Under the pieces are notes generated by a model. That model saw only the letters and a program-made list of their open reading frames with translations. It made no database searches and had not been told where the DNA came from. From Tubiluchus corallicola (Eukaryota > Animalia > Priapulida): a stretch of 64,000 nt of DNA. The stretch lies in contig JAQGDQ010000108.1 of the NCBI GenBank assembly GCA_030141605.1, positions 248,001-312,000 on the forward strand, read 5' to 3'. A program made the position numbers and the translations under genes. This document shows positions 13,520 to 27,200 of this stretch, piece after piece. Positions within the stretch are counted from its first letter, which is position 1. Each line of letters opens with the position of its first letter.

Positions 13520-14180
13520 TTCTTCTTTCTTCAAAGTCTCATTCCACCTATTGTAGGCATTGAGGCATCAACATTTATCAGAGTATTCCAGCCACTTCTT
13601 TCTGCAGCTAACAGCGCAAGTTCTTCTCCTAAAGATAGATTTGGTTGAAGTTGTTGAACATCTTTATTTATCTTAGCAAAGTGGTTTTTTGCAAGCTTCT
13701 AAATCTTACCTTATGGCGATTCTTACTGGTGCTTCATTTGGTAATCTTAAAAGATGTCCTTGCCATCTTAATCTTCGGATCTTGACATTTGAACTCGAAG
13801 AATTTTTTTTCTTTCTGGTGTATAAATCTTCATTTTTGATTATGTATAGTCATCTTATCTTTGAAACTTTCCTTAGAAGACTTCTATGAAATGCTTTTCT
13901 TGAGTAATCGTTAAACCTCCAAGTTTCGCTGTTGAACATAAATATGCTGGTAATGTAAGGATTAAATAATCGAAGTCTTATGTTAAAACTTAATTTCTTG
14001 CTAGTTAATGCATTCTTGTGCTGAAGAAAAGCAGGCATTGATTGTTGCTTTCTATCTTTAATATCATCTTCGGTGTTTAGAAAGGTGCTTATGTACTTGC
14101 ACTTTTTTAAAGACTGATCACCGTCTCTTGCAATAACATATTCTTCTGTTTTAACTGGTTCACTTGAAGATTAATTCGGC
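13520..14180 (-). mobile_element. 5'-truncated, decayed RTE-clade non-LTR retrotransposon (end of RT plus C-terminal region)
   Basis: Minus-strand translation with stops and frameshifts: KTEEY..KKCKYIST..EDDIKDRK..LRLFNPYITSIFMFNSETW..AFHRSLLRKV..KNEDLY..IRRLRWQGHLLRLPNEAPVR. Ends in a GAA-rich tail near 13520. Confidence 0.85.
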
Positions 14181-14499
14181 TGTTATCGGTGACGCGCAAC
14201 AACTCGTTGAAAAACATCTTTTAGTGAGGATGCCTATATTTCAACAATAGTTAACGAAATAAAATGTTCATTCCAAAAAGTGGACTTTTGTCTGCGAGCT
14301 TACCTGTCAACAACATTTTTCAACCGCTGAATAATTACTCAAAATCTGACATACCCAAAACCGCACTAGGTGTAAGAATGAATTACAGACGAAAACTGCG
14401 GACATACCGACATTAAACTAAAGAAAGGGTTGTGGTTTTGCGGCAATAATTTGCTGAAGAAAAAGGAATTTCGTATAAAATGTTCTGTAAATATGAATG

Positions 14500-14690
14500 T
14501 AGGAAAGCTTGGTACAAGTAAGTTTGGTACAGACATGTTTCGAACAATAAAAAAATGGTACTGGCAAATTTTGTACTAGGAAAGTTTGGTACTGTAAAAT
14601 TTGGTTCTGTTAGAAAAAGAGAGCATTTCTGTATCGCAGCATAAAATAATTGTTTCAACTGGAAAATAAGAAGTACCAAACTTACCACGC
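14500..14690. mobile_element. Small foldback/MITE relic built from ~15-bp AAGTTTGGTAC-type units
   Basis: Several direct copies of aa(g/a)tttggtac at 14505-14610 and one inverted copy, gtaccaaactt, at 14673-14683. Confidence 0.5.
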
Positions 14691-17275
14691 GCCGTACATG
14701 TATCTGAAACAATTGTTTAGCCAGCGTTATAGGAAAACAAGGCGATTTAAAAAATCATTTAAATTCGCGGATGTCTTTTCGACTTTGTGAATATCTGCTC
14801 AAGAATTGAATTTTTTTTGTTCCACGAGAGTCGAGAGTTTACGCAGGTGAGACGGTGGCCAATATTACGAAGACCCCTTGCTTTAATAGGATATACCTCT
14901 ACAATCACCGAGTTCTCAGTTCTATCGCTAATACAGGAGTTGCAAAAGTCCCTAGTAATTTTTGAAATTTACTAAAATTATAAGCGAAGCCAAATATAAC
15001 AATTCAGTTGCTGGGAGAACTTATGTCTGCGAATCGTGAGTACATTGCTAGCATCAAACTTGGCTTCGTAAATTTACTGCAGCGATATTACGCATATATA
15101 CCAAACTCGCTTTTTTCTATTATAGCAATTTTTGCACCGTTGCTCTTTGCTTATTTGAAAATTAAGTTGGTGAATGTCTTCTGAAACACCTTCGTCTGTA
15201 GGAGTGACAATCACCATACATGATACATAACGCTCAAATTTTGTAAGGGCTCGTTGGCAGTTCCGGTGATGGCTACACAAACAAACGATTTGGAAACTTT
15301 TAACTTGGCAGATGTATAAGTTTTATGCAAGGTGATACGCATGTGTCACGCTGACTCACGATTACCTGTCAAAATCATATTAGCCGGGTAATAAAACCGA
15401 AATCAGATAAGATTCTTAACTTCTTCCTTGTTTGATGGATGACACTCATTTATAGCGGTTTAGAATTTTGAATACTAATCTAACAGGCAAAATTCGTAAA
15501 TTTTATACGATTGGATTAAGCAGGGTGAATACATCTTGTCAAATGTATGGGTTAACTTACTCCTGATTTATAAATCTTCCATTCAGTAAATTTAAAGGCT
15601 ATACTGAGATTCTCGGTCGATGCAAATATGCGACCATGTTTATTTGAAAGGCGTTTTGACAAACAACACGTTCTCTAACTCACCATACGAATCGAGTATA
15701 TAGGGTCGTCATGCATATGGTTGGCCGTAATGTGATTCAGTGAAAATTGGATTAACAGAAAATGTAAGAGTTGGCGCTTTTGAATCGAATTGGTAACCCA
15801 TTCTAAAGAAGCATGGAGGAAAAAAAGTTTTTGCAATTAAACTCAAAGCAACAGGAAATTTTCAGTTTACTATGCTTCGTTGTCACTTACTTGTATAAAG
15901 AAGAAGTATAAATAAAATTCAACCTAACTAATAGATGACAGCACTTTTAGTACTTGAAGAATATATTAACCTATTTAAAAGTTTTTAAAACGTACAATTT
16001 ATGCTAGATACGTCAATAATAAAGCACGTGATTGATTATAGCACAACTTGTATAGAAAGTGAATATTTCTTTATATGCGGTTATAAAAAGTTGCTCCAGG
16101 AATGGCCATAGTTTTACGTAAACAAGAATATCATTCCTGCAAATATTTGATCATTTAAATAGTGCTTAACTTTCTAATTGTCAGTTTCCTATAACGAAAA
16201 CATCTCTATGCGAACAGAAATGTGGATAAAAAAATAAAACTAACAACTTTTTAATGACGAAAAAACTATGACCTAGAAAATATTTACTTCCAATAAAAGA
16301 CTACCACTTAAATGAATGTGTTCTCTCACGCCAGTAGCTTAACTGGTCAATAACAAGGAAAAAGAAAAAAGTCACATTCAAAGGCGGTTTTGGCAAATAT
16401 TGATCCACCACCTTGTTTGGCAAGGTTTAACTAAAATTCATTCTTTCAGTCGTTTGCTACTGATCTGCTATCCGTGACTGCTCTGTACATCAGAGCGATG
16501 ATCTAGTGACTGCGAGTCCTAAACTGACTATCAACACACAGTTTTGTTTTCTTCTTATACATGACAGTTGACAGGTATATCTACACCTCAAGGATGCAAA
16601 ATAAATACAGCCCATGTCAAAGTATTACTAAGAAATGTATCCATTCTGGCAGGAGAAGCGTGAATAATATGATGCTGCTATATAATTGCAGAAACCGTTA
16701 AATTTAAACAATAACCTGACCTCTAATCTTATTATACGAGTAAGAGCCTATGACTTTGTCATCACATTCTGCAGCTTTGCCGCGAAATTCTCTTTATCTT
16801 TTTTAAACAAGAAGAAAGACGAAGACGACAAGAAGAAGAGACAGGACAAAAAACGAGAAAGGAAATATCAACGCCTCTGACGTCCCTACACATGCAGACA
16901 ACGTCGTGTTTCTAGACAGCATTGCATACATGCACACACGCAGTTCAAACTTAACAGTTACTTATATTTTCTTTCGCATAACCGATATAGGATCGACAAC
17001 TGTTCCAGGTATTTATTTCACCTTTTCTCAAACAGAGACGGTATTATTCTGTAACATGTATAAATGCACACCCAACTCTGGGCTATCTTGCAATTTTACA
17101 CCCGAGGTAATTACACAGAACCGAAATGATTAGTAGCAACTCTATGGCCCCGTTGGACGTCCAAATTATGGACTATCGCCTTACTCCTCGGCGGGCCAAA
17201 CTTTGACACGCTGCCTTACAATGAAGCTACACATTTGTTAAATTAATTTGAGAACATGATTTCTCAACGGAAACC

Positions 17276-17337
17276 GGTAATAGGTAGCAGAGATTACAGG
17301 TAATAGGTAGCCGAGATTACAAAAAATAGGTAACCAG
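17276..17337. repeat. Short ~22-bp tandem repeat (GGTAATAGGTAGCMGAGATTAC)
   Basis: Two full copies and one partial copy read directly. Confidence 0.75.
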
Positions 17338-17549
17338 CGTGAAATAATTTGCCTTTGCAGATTTTAATTCGTTTATACGCACAAGAAAACTATTTATTGG
17401 TATTTAACTGCGTTTTAACGAGCTTTTCATGAGTTTCCGTATGCTTACTTCCAAAAAACTTATTGATTTAATTAAAATTTTGCTCATCACCACCACGTAG
17501 GTTGCGGTAAAAAACAATGGGGCTATTTAACAGCAAAATCTCATTTGTA

Positions 17550-18215
17550 ATATATCCATTTTCGCTTTTTTGTCTAACATCGCCTCCATTGGTCAAGCAA
17601 AGTTTGCAGCATTTAACATTGTCTTGTCTCGCTGTTCTCTTCCATGTCAAATGTGATGTATATTGGTCAGGTTTATGTTAGGTAAGTGGACGATGGTTAT
17701 AAGAAACACAGAAAAAATGTGTGTGTTAATGTGCTCCAGACTGATACAACAGGAAATCACATAGATTCCAATTTCCAATAATTATTTCCAAATTCGTTAT
17801 AGATTTCAGCTGTGCGCAGGTCCAGAATAGTTTCCGCACGCACTCTTTTGGATTTCTGATTAAAATTAGACGTACAGAGAAAACGTTATGTGCAGACATA
17901 GCAAAAGTGGTTAATATAGCAATACATTTCGTTGTGAAATCTGTCCAGATCAGTGTCGCGTCACCTCTGTTTTTAGTGATCTTGAACGGTTGTCCTCGAA
18001 TTTTGTCGCCCAAAGGCAATTGATACCTTCATGGACTCCGGCTTTGTGGAACGTTTTTATTGCATGTTTCTTAGAACCACCGCCCGCTTGTCTGACCTTA
18101 GCTACTATGTCACATTTGACATGAAAGACAAATGGGACAGAAAACATTGTAAGGCTGTACTCCTCTTGAAAAATGAAGGCTTGGACAACAAAACTAATTA
18201 AAAAGGGCGTAAAAT
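17550..18215. mobile_element. Old palindromic MITE-like element with ~170-bp diverged inverted arms
   Basis: catgtcaaatgtga (about 17644) pairs with tcacatttgacatg (about 18110). gatggttataagaaaca pairs with tgtttcttagaaccacc. Homology extends over about 17550-17720 versus 18050-18215. Confidence 0.65.
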
Positions 18216-21200
18216 GAACTAAAATTTTGTATAATGGCAACTTAATTCAACAACTTTTATGCAAACTATTTTTGAGATTGAATCTATTTTTCAGGTTTAC
18301 TAATGCAAACGAACGAAAATGGAATATTTTATTACTAGATCTGACATATGTCTTTTTGAACGGTTTTTTTTCTTTGTCATTAAATTTAATTTTGCATTGT
18401 TTTGCCTTACTAATAATCTAGTTACGTATTAAAATTGTGTTTGTGTTTCCTTTGCAGACATAATAATGATGATTGTTATGGATAACCAGAATGCTTTGCC
18501 TTCATAAATCTTCAGCCATTTTCATTAACAAAATATGTTCAACGGTTTGTCGAAAGACAGTAATGTTTTACGAAAATTTTTCAGTCTTATTTGTTTCTGT
18601 TTCACGTCGAATTAATAATGTTGGGCAAGTATCTGACAGCATTAATTAAAGATTTGTGTCTTTTAACACTTTTCCAAGATTCAGCCACACAGTATATAGT
18701 AGGCAGAACAAGTGGCTCTAGAATTTTCTTTTCCTTGTCCGTAGCGTGTGGTCTGCATTACAACTGGAATTTACCGGTTGTTCATCTGCCAAATCCTCCT
18801 CTATTGCTCATTACACGCACTTTGTATCTCAAGAGTGCTTCATGATATACTGCCACTTGTGACCACAATACCAGTTGGTCGTTGCTATGTAAACTCGCTG
18901 CGTTTTCAGTGGCTATCAAAAAACTAACGTGAGTAGAAAAAATATTAACCCTGAAAAACAATGAAAGCGTGGCAGTAACGTCAATTATAAAAGGGCTTTT
19001 CGTACATATCGGAAATGAAAAAGAGGAAAAGCAAAAAGTAGAAAAAAGAGAAGTAATAAAAGGCATAACGAACGTTTCGAACTACAGCTGTGGGTTTTGT
19101 TCTTCAAGGGAACATAAAAAGACATAAAAACAGAAAGAAAATCACGAAAAAATACTCAACTAATTTTTGAGCGATTCAAGGTAAGTGCAGTCACAAATAC
19201 ATAGAGCTATTAGGAATTAAATATGCTCAGTTGAATATTTAAGGAGACATCAAACAGAGTTCAGCTTTGGTAGGTTTTCTTTTTTCTTCTTCGTCTTTTT
19301 ATATGAAACGTTGTACCCTTTCTTTCTTTTTCCTTGTTTTTATTTGCGGGATAATTTTTTATTTTACCCAGACAGGGAAAAGTGGGTAAAATGATGATGA
19401 TCATGATTAATGTTTTATTATATATATGAAAATTATAACCAAAAAATACAATTGCCGTGTGAAACTTAATACACAATATGCCAAATTGTTAATTAACTTA
19501 ACCCGTGGAGCTGATATTTGTCTCAATTATTAGAGAGAAAACGGGCAAAAAAGATGATGTTGGTTTGAAACAGAGCCTTTTTCATGCCAATGACACCAAG
19601 ATTGTTTTTGAGACACATAATTATGCTGATCTAGTATATATGCTATGCCGGCTCACCCGTTTACGTGATATTGTTACATTACTTGCACCAGAATAATTCA
19701 AACTGCAGTTATAAGTGAATGTTGCAAATAATTCAGAGATGAGGATGCTGCGACAATAATTAACTAATCTTAATTTCAAGATAAAAAATAAAATATTATC
19801 AGTAGCTGTGTGGTTGGTCAAGTTAGGACTTTGTACTTCTAGCCGTAAGGCCCCTGATTAATATATAGTCATACTTTCGACCTTTTTCGCCTAAGTGTAC
19901 ATTTTAAAAATCTAAAAATAACTTCGGGTACACTGAAACTTTTCCACCACTAAACAGTCATCTCGGATACATAATTAAATTATCAGTTTCCATCAAATAT
20001 ATTTAAGGGACTACCAGCAGAATTATAGCAGCACAATGACAATAATGAAGTTAACAACAATCGTTATAAACAACTAGAGTTTAGAATTAAACGCCATTTT
20101 AACAAGTGTGAGAAAGTTTTGAAGTGCAGAATTAACAATGTAAAGGAATTCACTGATTTGGCTAAAGATTTCTACTCATTTCCTGCCCTAAGTTTAAAAC
20201 CGAGTGCACTTGAATAAAAGCTCCCTATTATCTACTATCACTTCTCTCTAAGACGAACTTAATCTTGGTCTAATTTGGAAATTTGTCTCCTTACGATTTT
20301 CTTAGCAGCATGGGAAAGTTGGTATGTTGAAGTTTCCAAAGCTTATTAATCTTAAAAACTTCCTGTTCTAACAGAGAAATGCTTGACAAGCACTCTTAAT
20401 GAAGTTCAGTTTGAAAGGTAAGGGAATACTGGCTGTATACAGAGTGAGCTTAATTTCACAGAAACACCTTTCTTTATGGGAAGCAACAATAATTCAGGCC
20501 TTTTCGACTTCTTACTTTTAAAAACACCTCCAAGATACCGCCTGGCAAATGTTCGAACTACATCTGAATGAAATTAAACTTCTATATTGTACATATCAGT
20601 TTGCTGACTGTAATAGACTACTTCATATTGGAATTTTTTCACCTATTGATTGTTAATTACGTGTTTTCATAAAGTAACGTGTGTTTAGTTGTTTTTTTAT
20701 ATTTAACACTGGAAGCACGACAGAGATAAATCAAGTGAACTAAACCAATGTCTCTTGCTTTTATTTAGTATTTATTCATTTTAAGCCATTCATAAAAAGA
20801 ATTATTTTATAAAAGCTGCCGCCAGCAGGCTTGTAACGCTTACGCCTGTTTAATCATAAAATTTACACCCTTTGCTAAAACATATTTACATAATATTACT
20901 AAATGACTAAGATTCACCATAATAATAGCCTGAAAAATACATAAAAAAATAAGTGCAGAGAACATGTTTGCACAATTTTGTCAGAAAGTGTTTTCGGAAG
21001 AGAGCCAGAATTAAATGGAGCGATGAAAATGACAGTTGTTGTTATCATTATTATTATCATTATTATCATTAGCCTATTGTTATAAAACAATAAAACAACT
21101 GAACGCTTTTGTCGTATGTTAAATTCAATTTAAAATAAGTTATTGACTAGCTTGACATGAGAAAAATCAATAATTCTGTTCCATTAACAAGTGACTTCTA

Positions 21201-24200
21201 GTTATAATAAGCAAACATAAGGAAAAACAGAAAATATTTACCTAAATAATAAATCATGGTCTTCAGCGAAATTTCTCCAAAACTAAGCAAAATATTGTGA
21301 AAAAAATTAAATGTTTTGATCATCAAAGCATTCAAAAATTTTCATGGTTTGTGCTAGGAATACAGGCAATGGGAAACTAAAAAGTAAATAGGAAATAGGA
21401 AAAATTAAAAAGTAAAAGAGAAAAATTAAAACAATTAAAGTCAAACTAAACCCTCACTATAATATAAACTTTTACAACTTAAAATCCTACTCTCATTACG
21501 AATATTCAATTTATTTTATTATAAACTTACTGTAAAACTTTTCTTTTGACTTTTTTATTACATTATTGTTAGCAGCATTAAATTTGAAGAACTGTCATTT
21601 TTCGTTGCGCGAGACGAATGACGTTATGAGTACAGTCACGAGGTCACCAAATCGGTAAACAAATGTCAGTAACCAAAGACGCTTTCTGTACGTCTAACGT
21701 CATTCTCGCTCACTCTCGCCAAAAACGCGAAACATGGCTATCTTAACGGAATGGACGCATTCTAAATTCAGAATAAAGGAAGTTATTTAATTGATAAGTC
21801 TCTTTTGTTTAATAATAACTATGAATTCTTTGTGTAATCATAATTGTTGTAAAACTTCAATGTCTGTTGTGGTTATATAGCCTTTAATGAAGCATTTGAA
21901 AATAAAAGAGAAAAAAGTAAAAAATCATGAAGATATTGAGGCAGAATATACTATTACTGTTATTATATAAACAAAAATTTGTAATTACAATTTTACTTTA
22001 ACAGTATTGCTTAAGTGGATACATTTCATTAAGACAAGAAATCACAATGTAGGCCTACTCGGTAAATGAACACTATTATTTCGTGTAGGCCTGCGTAAAA
22101 TTTTAGAGCATACTGGCAGTACTATAATTCGAGACGAATTTTTATCATTCTTGGACAATAATAGTATTCACAACTTTTTCTAAATTTAACTCATAAATAG
22201 ATATGGAAACAACAGGATGTCAGCTCAGAAAATGTGTGAAAAGGTATAAGAAATTTTACAAGAAATTTTTTACCTCTTAACTTATTCAGGAATCTCACGG
22301 CTGTCATTTTACCACACTAAATCATTTAAGTATGTTTGTTTTAATTTTTTTTAATATTCGGAAAATAAACCTGAATCTATTTTACTACTTTTGTTGTATA
22401 CTTTGGCATTTCTAAGTGCGTTTACCTACACTAGTTTTGTTATAAGGTGTTTTTACTAGCTCCCATGCGAGAACTTAGGTAAAAAAATTCTTGCAAAAAA
22501 TGGTGGGCGTACTTAAAAACTACTTTACACTGTTTTTCTTTCTTCAGCTCAAAGTAAATCTGTCACACGGATCTCAATGGTGGCATCTGTTACAGATGCT
22601 TATCTTCAGTGTAAGCTACACCACGTAGAGAGAACCCAGTTTTCTTATTCAAGTTCATTCTTATAGCCATATCTTCCCATCTTAAACCCCTACCGACCAA
22701 GGACAACGGGTAGAGTTTAATAGGTGGAGAGATTTGAAGGATTATCCCACTAATCCGGCGATTTGCGCACTTGGTTGTCCATTTGACATTTTTCGACCGA
22801 TACCTTCAATGTGGGGGGTCCGAAGTGCAGGTATCAATCTAATTTCAGCATTCCTGAGAAACTTATCGTGTCATACATCTAAGTTGAGGGTCTAAGTTAA
22901 GCTAACAGTCATTTTGAATTTATCGTGGGTCAGATTCTACACTCGTTTCATGTCTTAATTTCGTGAAAAACTAAAGCCATGTCGTCTACGTATTGAAATT
23001 AACGACAATAAAATAACAATGACTAGAAATAAACAACTGAAAATTTTATTTTAATTTGATGATTGAAGCGGCATGTGTGTTGAGCACGCCGGGTACAAAT
23101 TTCAGTCAACCAAGAAAGAAGTCCTGATACTTTCCACCAGGTTTACATGTCATCCAGAGATTTCGCCAACTACTCTGACATTAGAAGGATTAAGTTTGTG
23201 AGAAAAAAGAAGTTATAGTTTCGGTGTTAACAGTAATAACAGTATAAGTCAATTTTATAAGTTCTAATTTCGATGTCGCACATGACAGGTTATTGATATA
23301 CATGATAGTCATGTGGACAATGGAGGGGGAGGGGGAGGGTAAATAATATAAGAGTGGCAATAATTCTAATCTAACCCGTTCTTATTTTCATACCATTTTG
23401 TTGTATTAATGTGCAATTGACGACGTTTCAACTGACGATGCGAATGCAATTAGAGCAGGTTGCAATTATTGTGCGTGCAAAAAAGTGCACAGAAGTGTAC
23501 AGAGAACGGTACGGAACGTACGGCTGCGGTAAACTTTTTGACTGATAGTCGCAAATTAAGATCTATAAGAATAATTTAAATACGTGTTCATTTATCATGT
23601 ACAAAATGTTGTATTTATGAATGACTCAGATGCGGAATTAGGAATAAAGTACGGTTGCACTCTATGCCATAACTTTAATTTAAAAAGAAACGCTAAAAAG
23701 CATTTTAAGAGTATACACGCAATTGTTTGAAATATTGTATGATGCAACAAAATGTACAGATTTATTCATTTTATATTTTCAATTACTAAGAAAAGTTAGT
23801 GTTTATCACAGGAGGGAAAGAGAAGCAGACAATATCGCCTGTTACTCCCAACCCATAAATAAAGCTAGTTTACAGATGTACTTGAAGATTGCAGATATTA
23901 TTCCATGGTATTGCCAGAATTTTGCTGCCTTTTCTGTTTTTAAACAGTGCATGCAATTAAAATCTAAGAATTTACGTGTAAGCCCAGATACACAAACAAA
24001 TAGAAGGTATTATTTAATCCTAGTTATAATGTATGAAAAACTAAATACATAAATGTAATTTTTCTACAACTAGCTGCACATACTACAACGTTTTATAGAT
24101 TCGTCTTGGTCTCATATATGCCTAGGGTTTTTTTCCCTATGATGTACACTAAAGGCGTTAAAATCCACGGATAAGGACGTATAACACATCAAAAATACAA

Positions 24201-27200
24201 AACTCTCTTTGTTGGACTGGTCCTCAATTTGACAAAAAGTACCTATAATCAGTTAGGAATATAGCAGCGCCCCTCTGAGCTAAATGAATTACGGCGCATG
24301 AGTTAGTTCATGAGATTGCAAAGCTGAATAGAGACGGTAAAGGTCAAATAGTTTAGTTTTTATCTAAAAAAATTCACATATACCTGTGTTTAACGGCATA
24401 CACGCTGAGAACCCAGAAAACTGATCAAGCCTTAGACTAAAGATGGTGTAATAACCGCAGTTCTATACCAGAGCAAATTAACAAATTTGAGCACATGAGT
24501 CTAAAGGCGATAGTGGTAACCTGTTAAGACTTTTCAGTAATTATTACTTTTGTTTCGTGTTTCTGTGTTTCTGTGCTTGACCAATGCTGCAATTGTTTAA
24601 AGCAAAAACACCCCGAGTTTATGAAAAGGCCTAATAAAAATGGTCCTGCATTACTTGAAAATCTATGAAATAGTTATGTGTAGGGTAAGACTGATAGTAT
24701 GAGGCTTAGTAATTACACTTCAGTAGAGTTTATTCGACAGCCGAAAAGCTCCAAATAACGCGGAACTACTTCAATGTTACAAGCTTTGCACGTTGTAACC
24801 ATCCGCTTGCAGTTTTACTATAAACAGGATTGGCGATCATTAAATTTTTGTCAAAATTTTAATTTTCAGATATTATATTATAATTGGATCTGTACAATAA
24901 TTACAGTATACAATATCGAGAAACATACGACTGTCGTTTTCTGTTTACATGGTTTCTCTGGTAGCGGCAGCACTGTTCAGTATGTTATGCAGGCTCCTTG
25001 AATACGCAGAGCATTCTACTGAGGTCTAGAACACGCATGCATGCAGACTGCAGGCCGCATACTGACTGCACTGCATATGAAATTCTTATTTTTAGGTGAG
25101 AGAATTACAGTAAATCATTAGGTAACAAGCATAATTGTAATTCTTTATGTAATCATTGGGTTAAGTTTGGTTGTGCAGATGTTGTTTTGCTTAAATTTAA
25201 TCAGTTTTGGTAAGCCAACATAGGAAAAAACAACCGAGTGAAACTACAAAACTGATCGTCATCATAGAAATAATAACCTATTGGTTCACATAAAACTATA
25301 AGGGGTGTCTTTAACGCATATTTCGTTCAAGAGAATTTTATGTATAAAGTCTGTTCGTATAAACTTGCAGCTACAGATTCAGATTTCAGGTTTAAGAGTT
25401 TCAAACGCCTTACTGCCTCGTTGTTTACTGAAAAACAGTTTTCTAGTGTATGAAGACGCTACCTTCAGCTGTTAACTGATACGTGTTTGCTGGATCCTCT
25501 TTCAAAACGTTGGAGATGCAGATCTTAGTGGAGCTTTTCAACACAGCACGCAGGCCATTTACAAGCATCATAATGGTTTAAAAGGTTTGGTTTACAACAG
25601 TCAAAATACCGGGTTTTACTTTACAAAAAGCGGTTAGTTATTCGTTAGTCTTTCGCCTAGCCTACTTTTCATACCAAAATTGACCTGTTTTTAGTTACGC
25701 AAAGCATGTATTATTTAACACTCAGATGTTCTACTCAACTTTATACATTTCACTGCTAAAGACGCCACATAGATTTCATACAGAATCAAGTCCTGCTTTG
25801 GACCCCTGGTTTGGCCTTATAATTAACATCTAGAACCGACTCGTCAATTTTTCAGTTTCTAGACACTGGATTATTATTATTAAAGTTTTAGGCAGCTCTT
25901 ACTCGGTCTTACATACCGACTATTACGTTAATAAAAGAAAATTACTTTCTGTAAATAAGAAGCCTATACGCCATGTTTTGATTTTGAATCCGCCATTATA
26001 GCATGGATATGCCATATCATTGAAGTAACTCTATACGCTAGCATTATAATCTAAACCCACACGTACGCATTAACTCATAACTCGACTGATTTTAATGCAA
26101 TTTTCTCTGCAATTACGGAAGCTGCCTTTGCAAAAAAGTGGGAAATTACCTCGGTAAAGATGCTTATTGCCTATACTTAAAGATAATACCTTAATATGCG
26201 AAATAACACACCTTTTTTGATCACGTGATCGCGTCCACGCAGCATGGTCACGTGACCCCTAAAATAATCTTTTTCACTGAAATATTCCATGTGAATGTCC
26301 ATCTGAAGGTCAAAGTTTATCTGTATTAAACTTCTTTTAGCAAAAGTAGTACCAACAACAGTAATAATGTAAAAGATAAGCAAGTAACTCTCAGTAGAAA
26401 GAAAGTCTTATGTCAAATTTATTGTAGAGCTTGGATTTCCTCTGGTTATGCAAGGAGACCTTGAGGTATATTTCTCTAGCAGATTAGTGGTATGAGGACT
26501 TTTTGTAGATACTTTTCCAAACGGATGTACGGCAATAAACAGCCAAACAAACAAACAAAACGGTTACTGTACAGCATGAGATATTTTTCACTTGATTTGA
26601 CGGCGTTGATTAAATCCCAATTATCCTGGTACAGATGAACTAATTAAGAAAACGCTTGCTCATGTAATAATTAAGTGTGAACTGCTATGGGTTATCCGCT
26701 GTACAAATTTGCAGTAACTTACAGAATAGGATATATATGCATACTCTTCTTATATTTGTGGTAAATAATTGTTAATTAACCAAGGTGAGACGTATAGCAC
26801 AAATGGTCAGCAAATTACTGTAACACAGATTTATCTACATTCTAAACAACCAATTAATGTATCTAAAACTGTAAAGTAAAAATCACAGAAGATGATACTT
26901 TGTAAGGTACAGTTTTGAAAATTCCTAAAAAATTCCTATGAAAATTCTACACAAGTTAGAGTGCATCATTTTACTACTAAAATCCCTTATAGCACGAAAA
27001 TCACCATGAAATTATGTGGGTAAACTAACAATAGAATCATTACCCAACAAAAATGATTCTTGTTATATACCTGTCATTATTAACTCCCACAGGCTAATTT
27101 CCTCTTTACCTACCTGTGAAATATTAAACCTTTTCAAATCTCTTTCCAAACAAAGAGACGATGGAGGAAATTTGTCTAGCAAGTGACTTTTGTGTAAGCA

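Noticed and set aside
19800-19860. tRNA-like 5' half (gctgtgtggttggtcaag...)
   Set aside because: No B box and no cloverleaf; not supportable as a tRNA.
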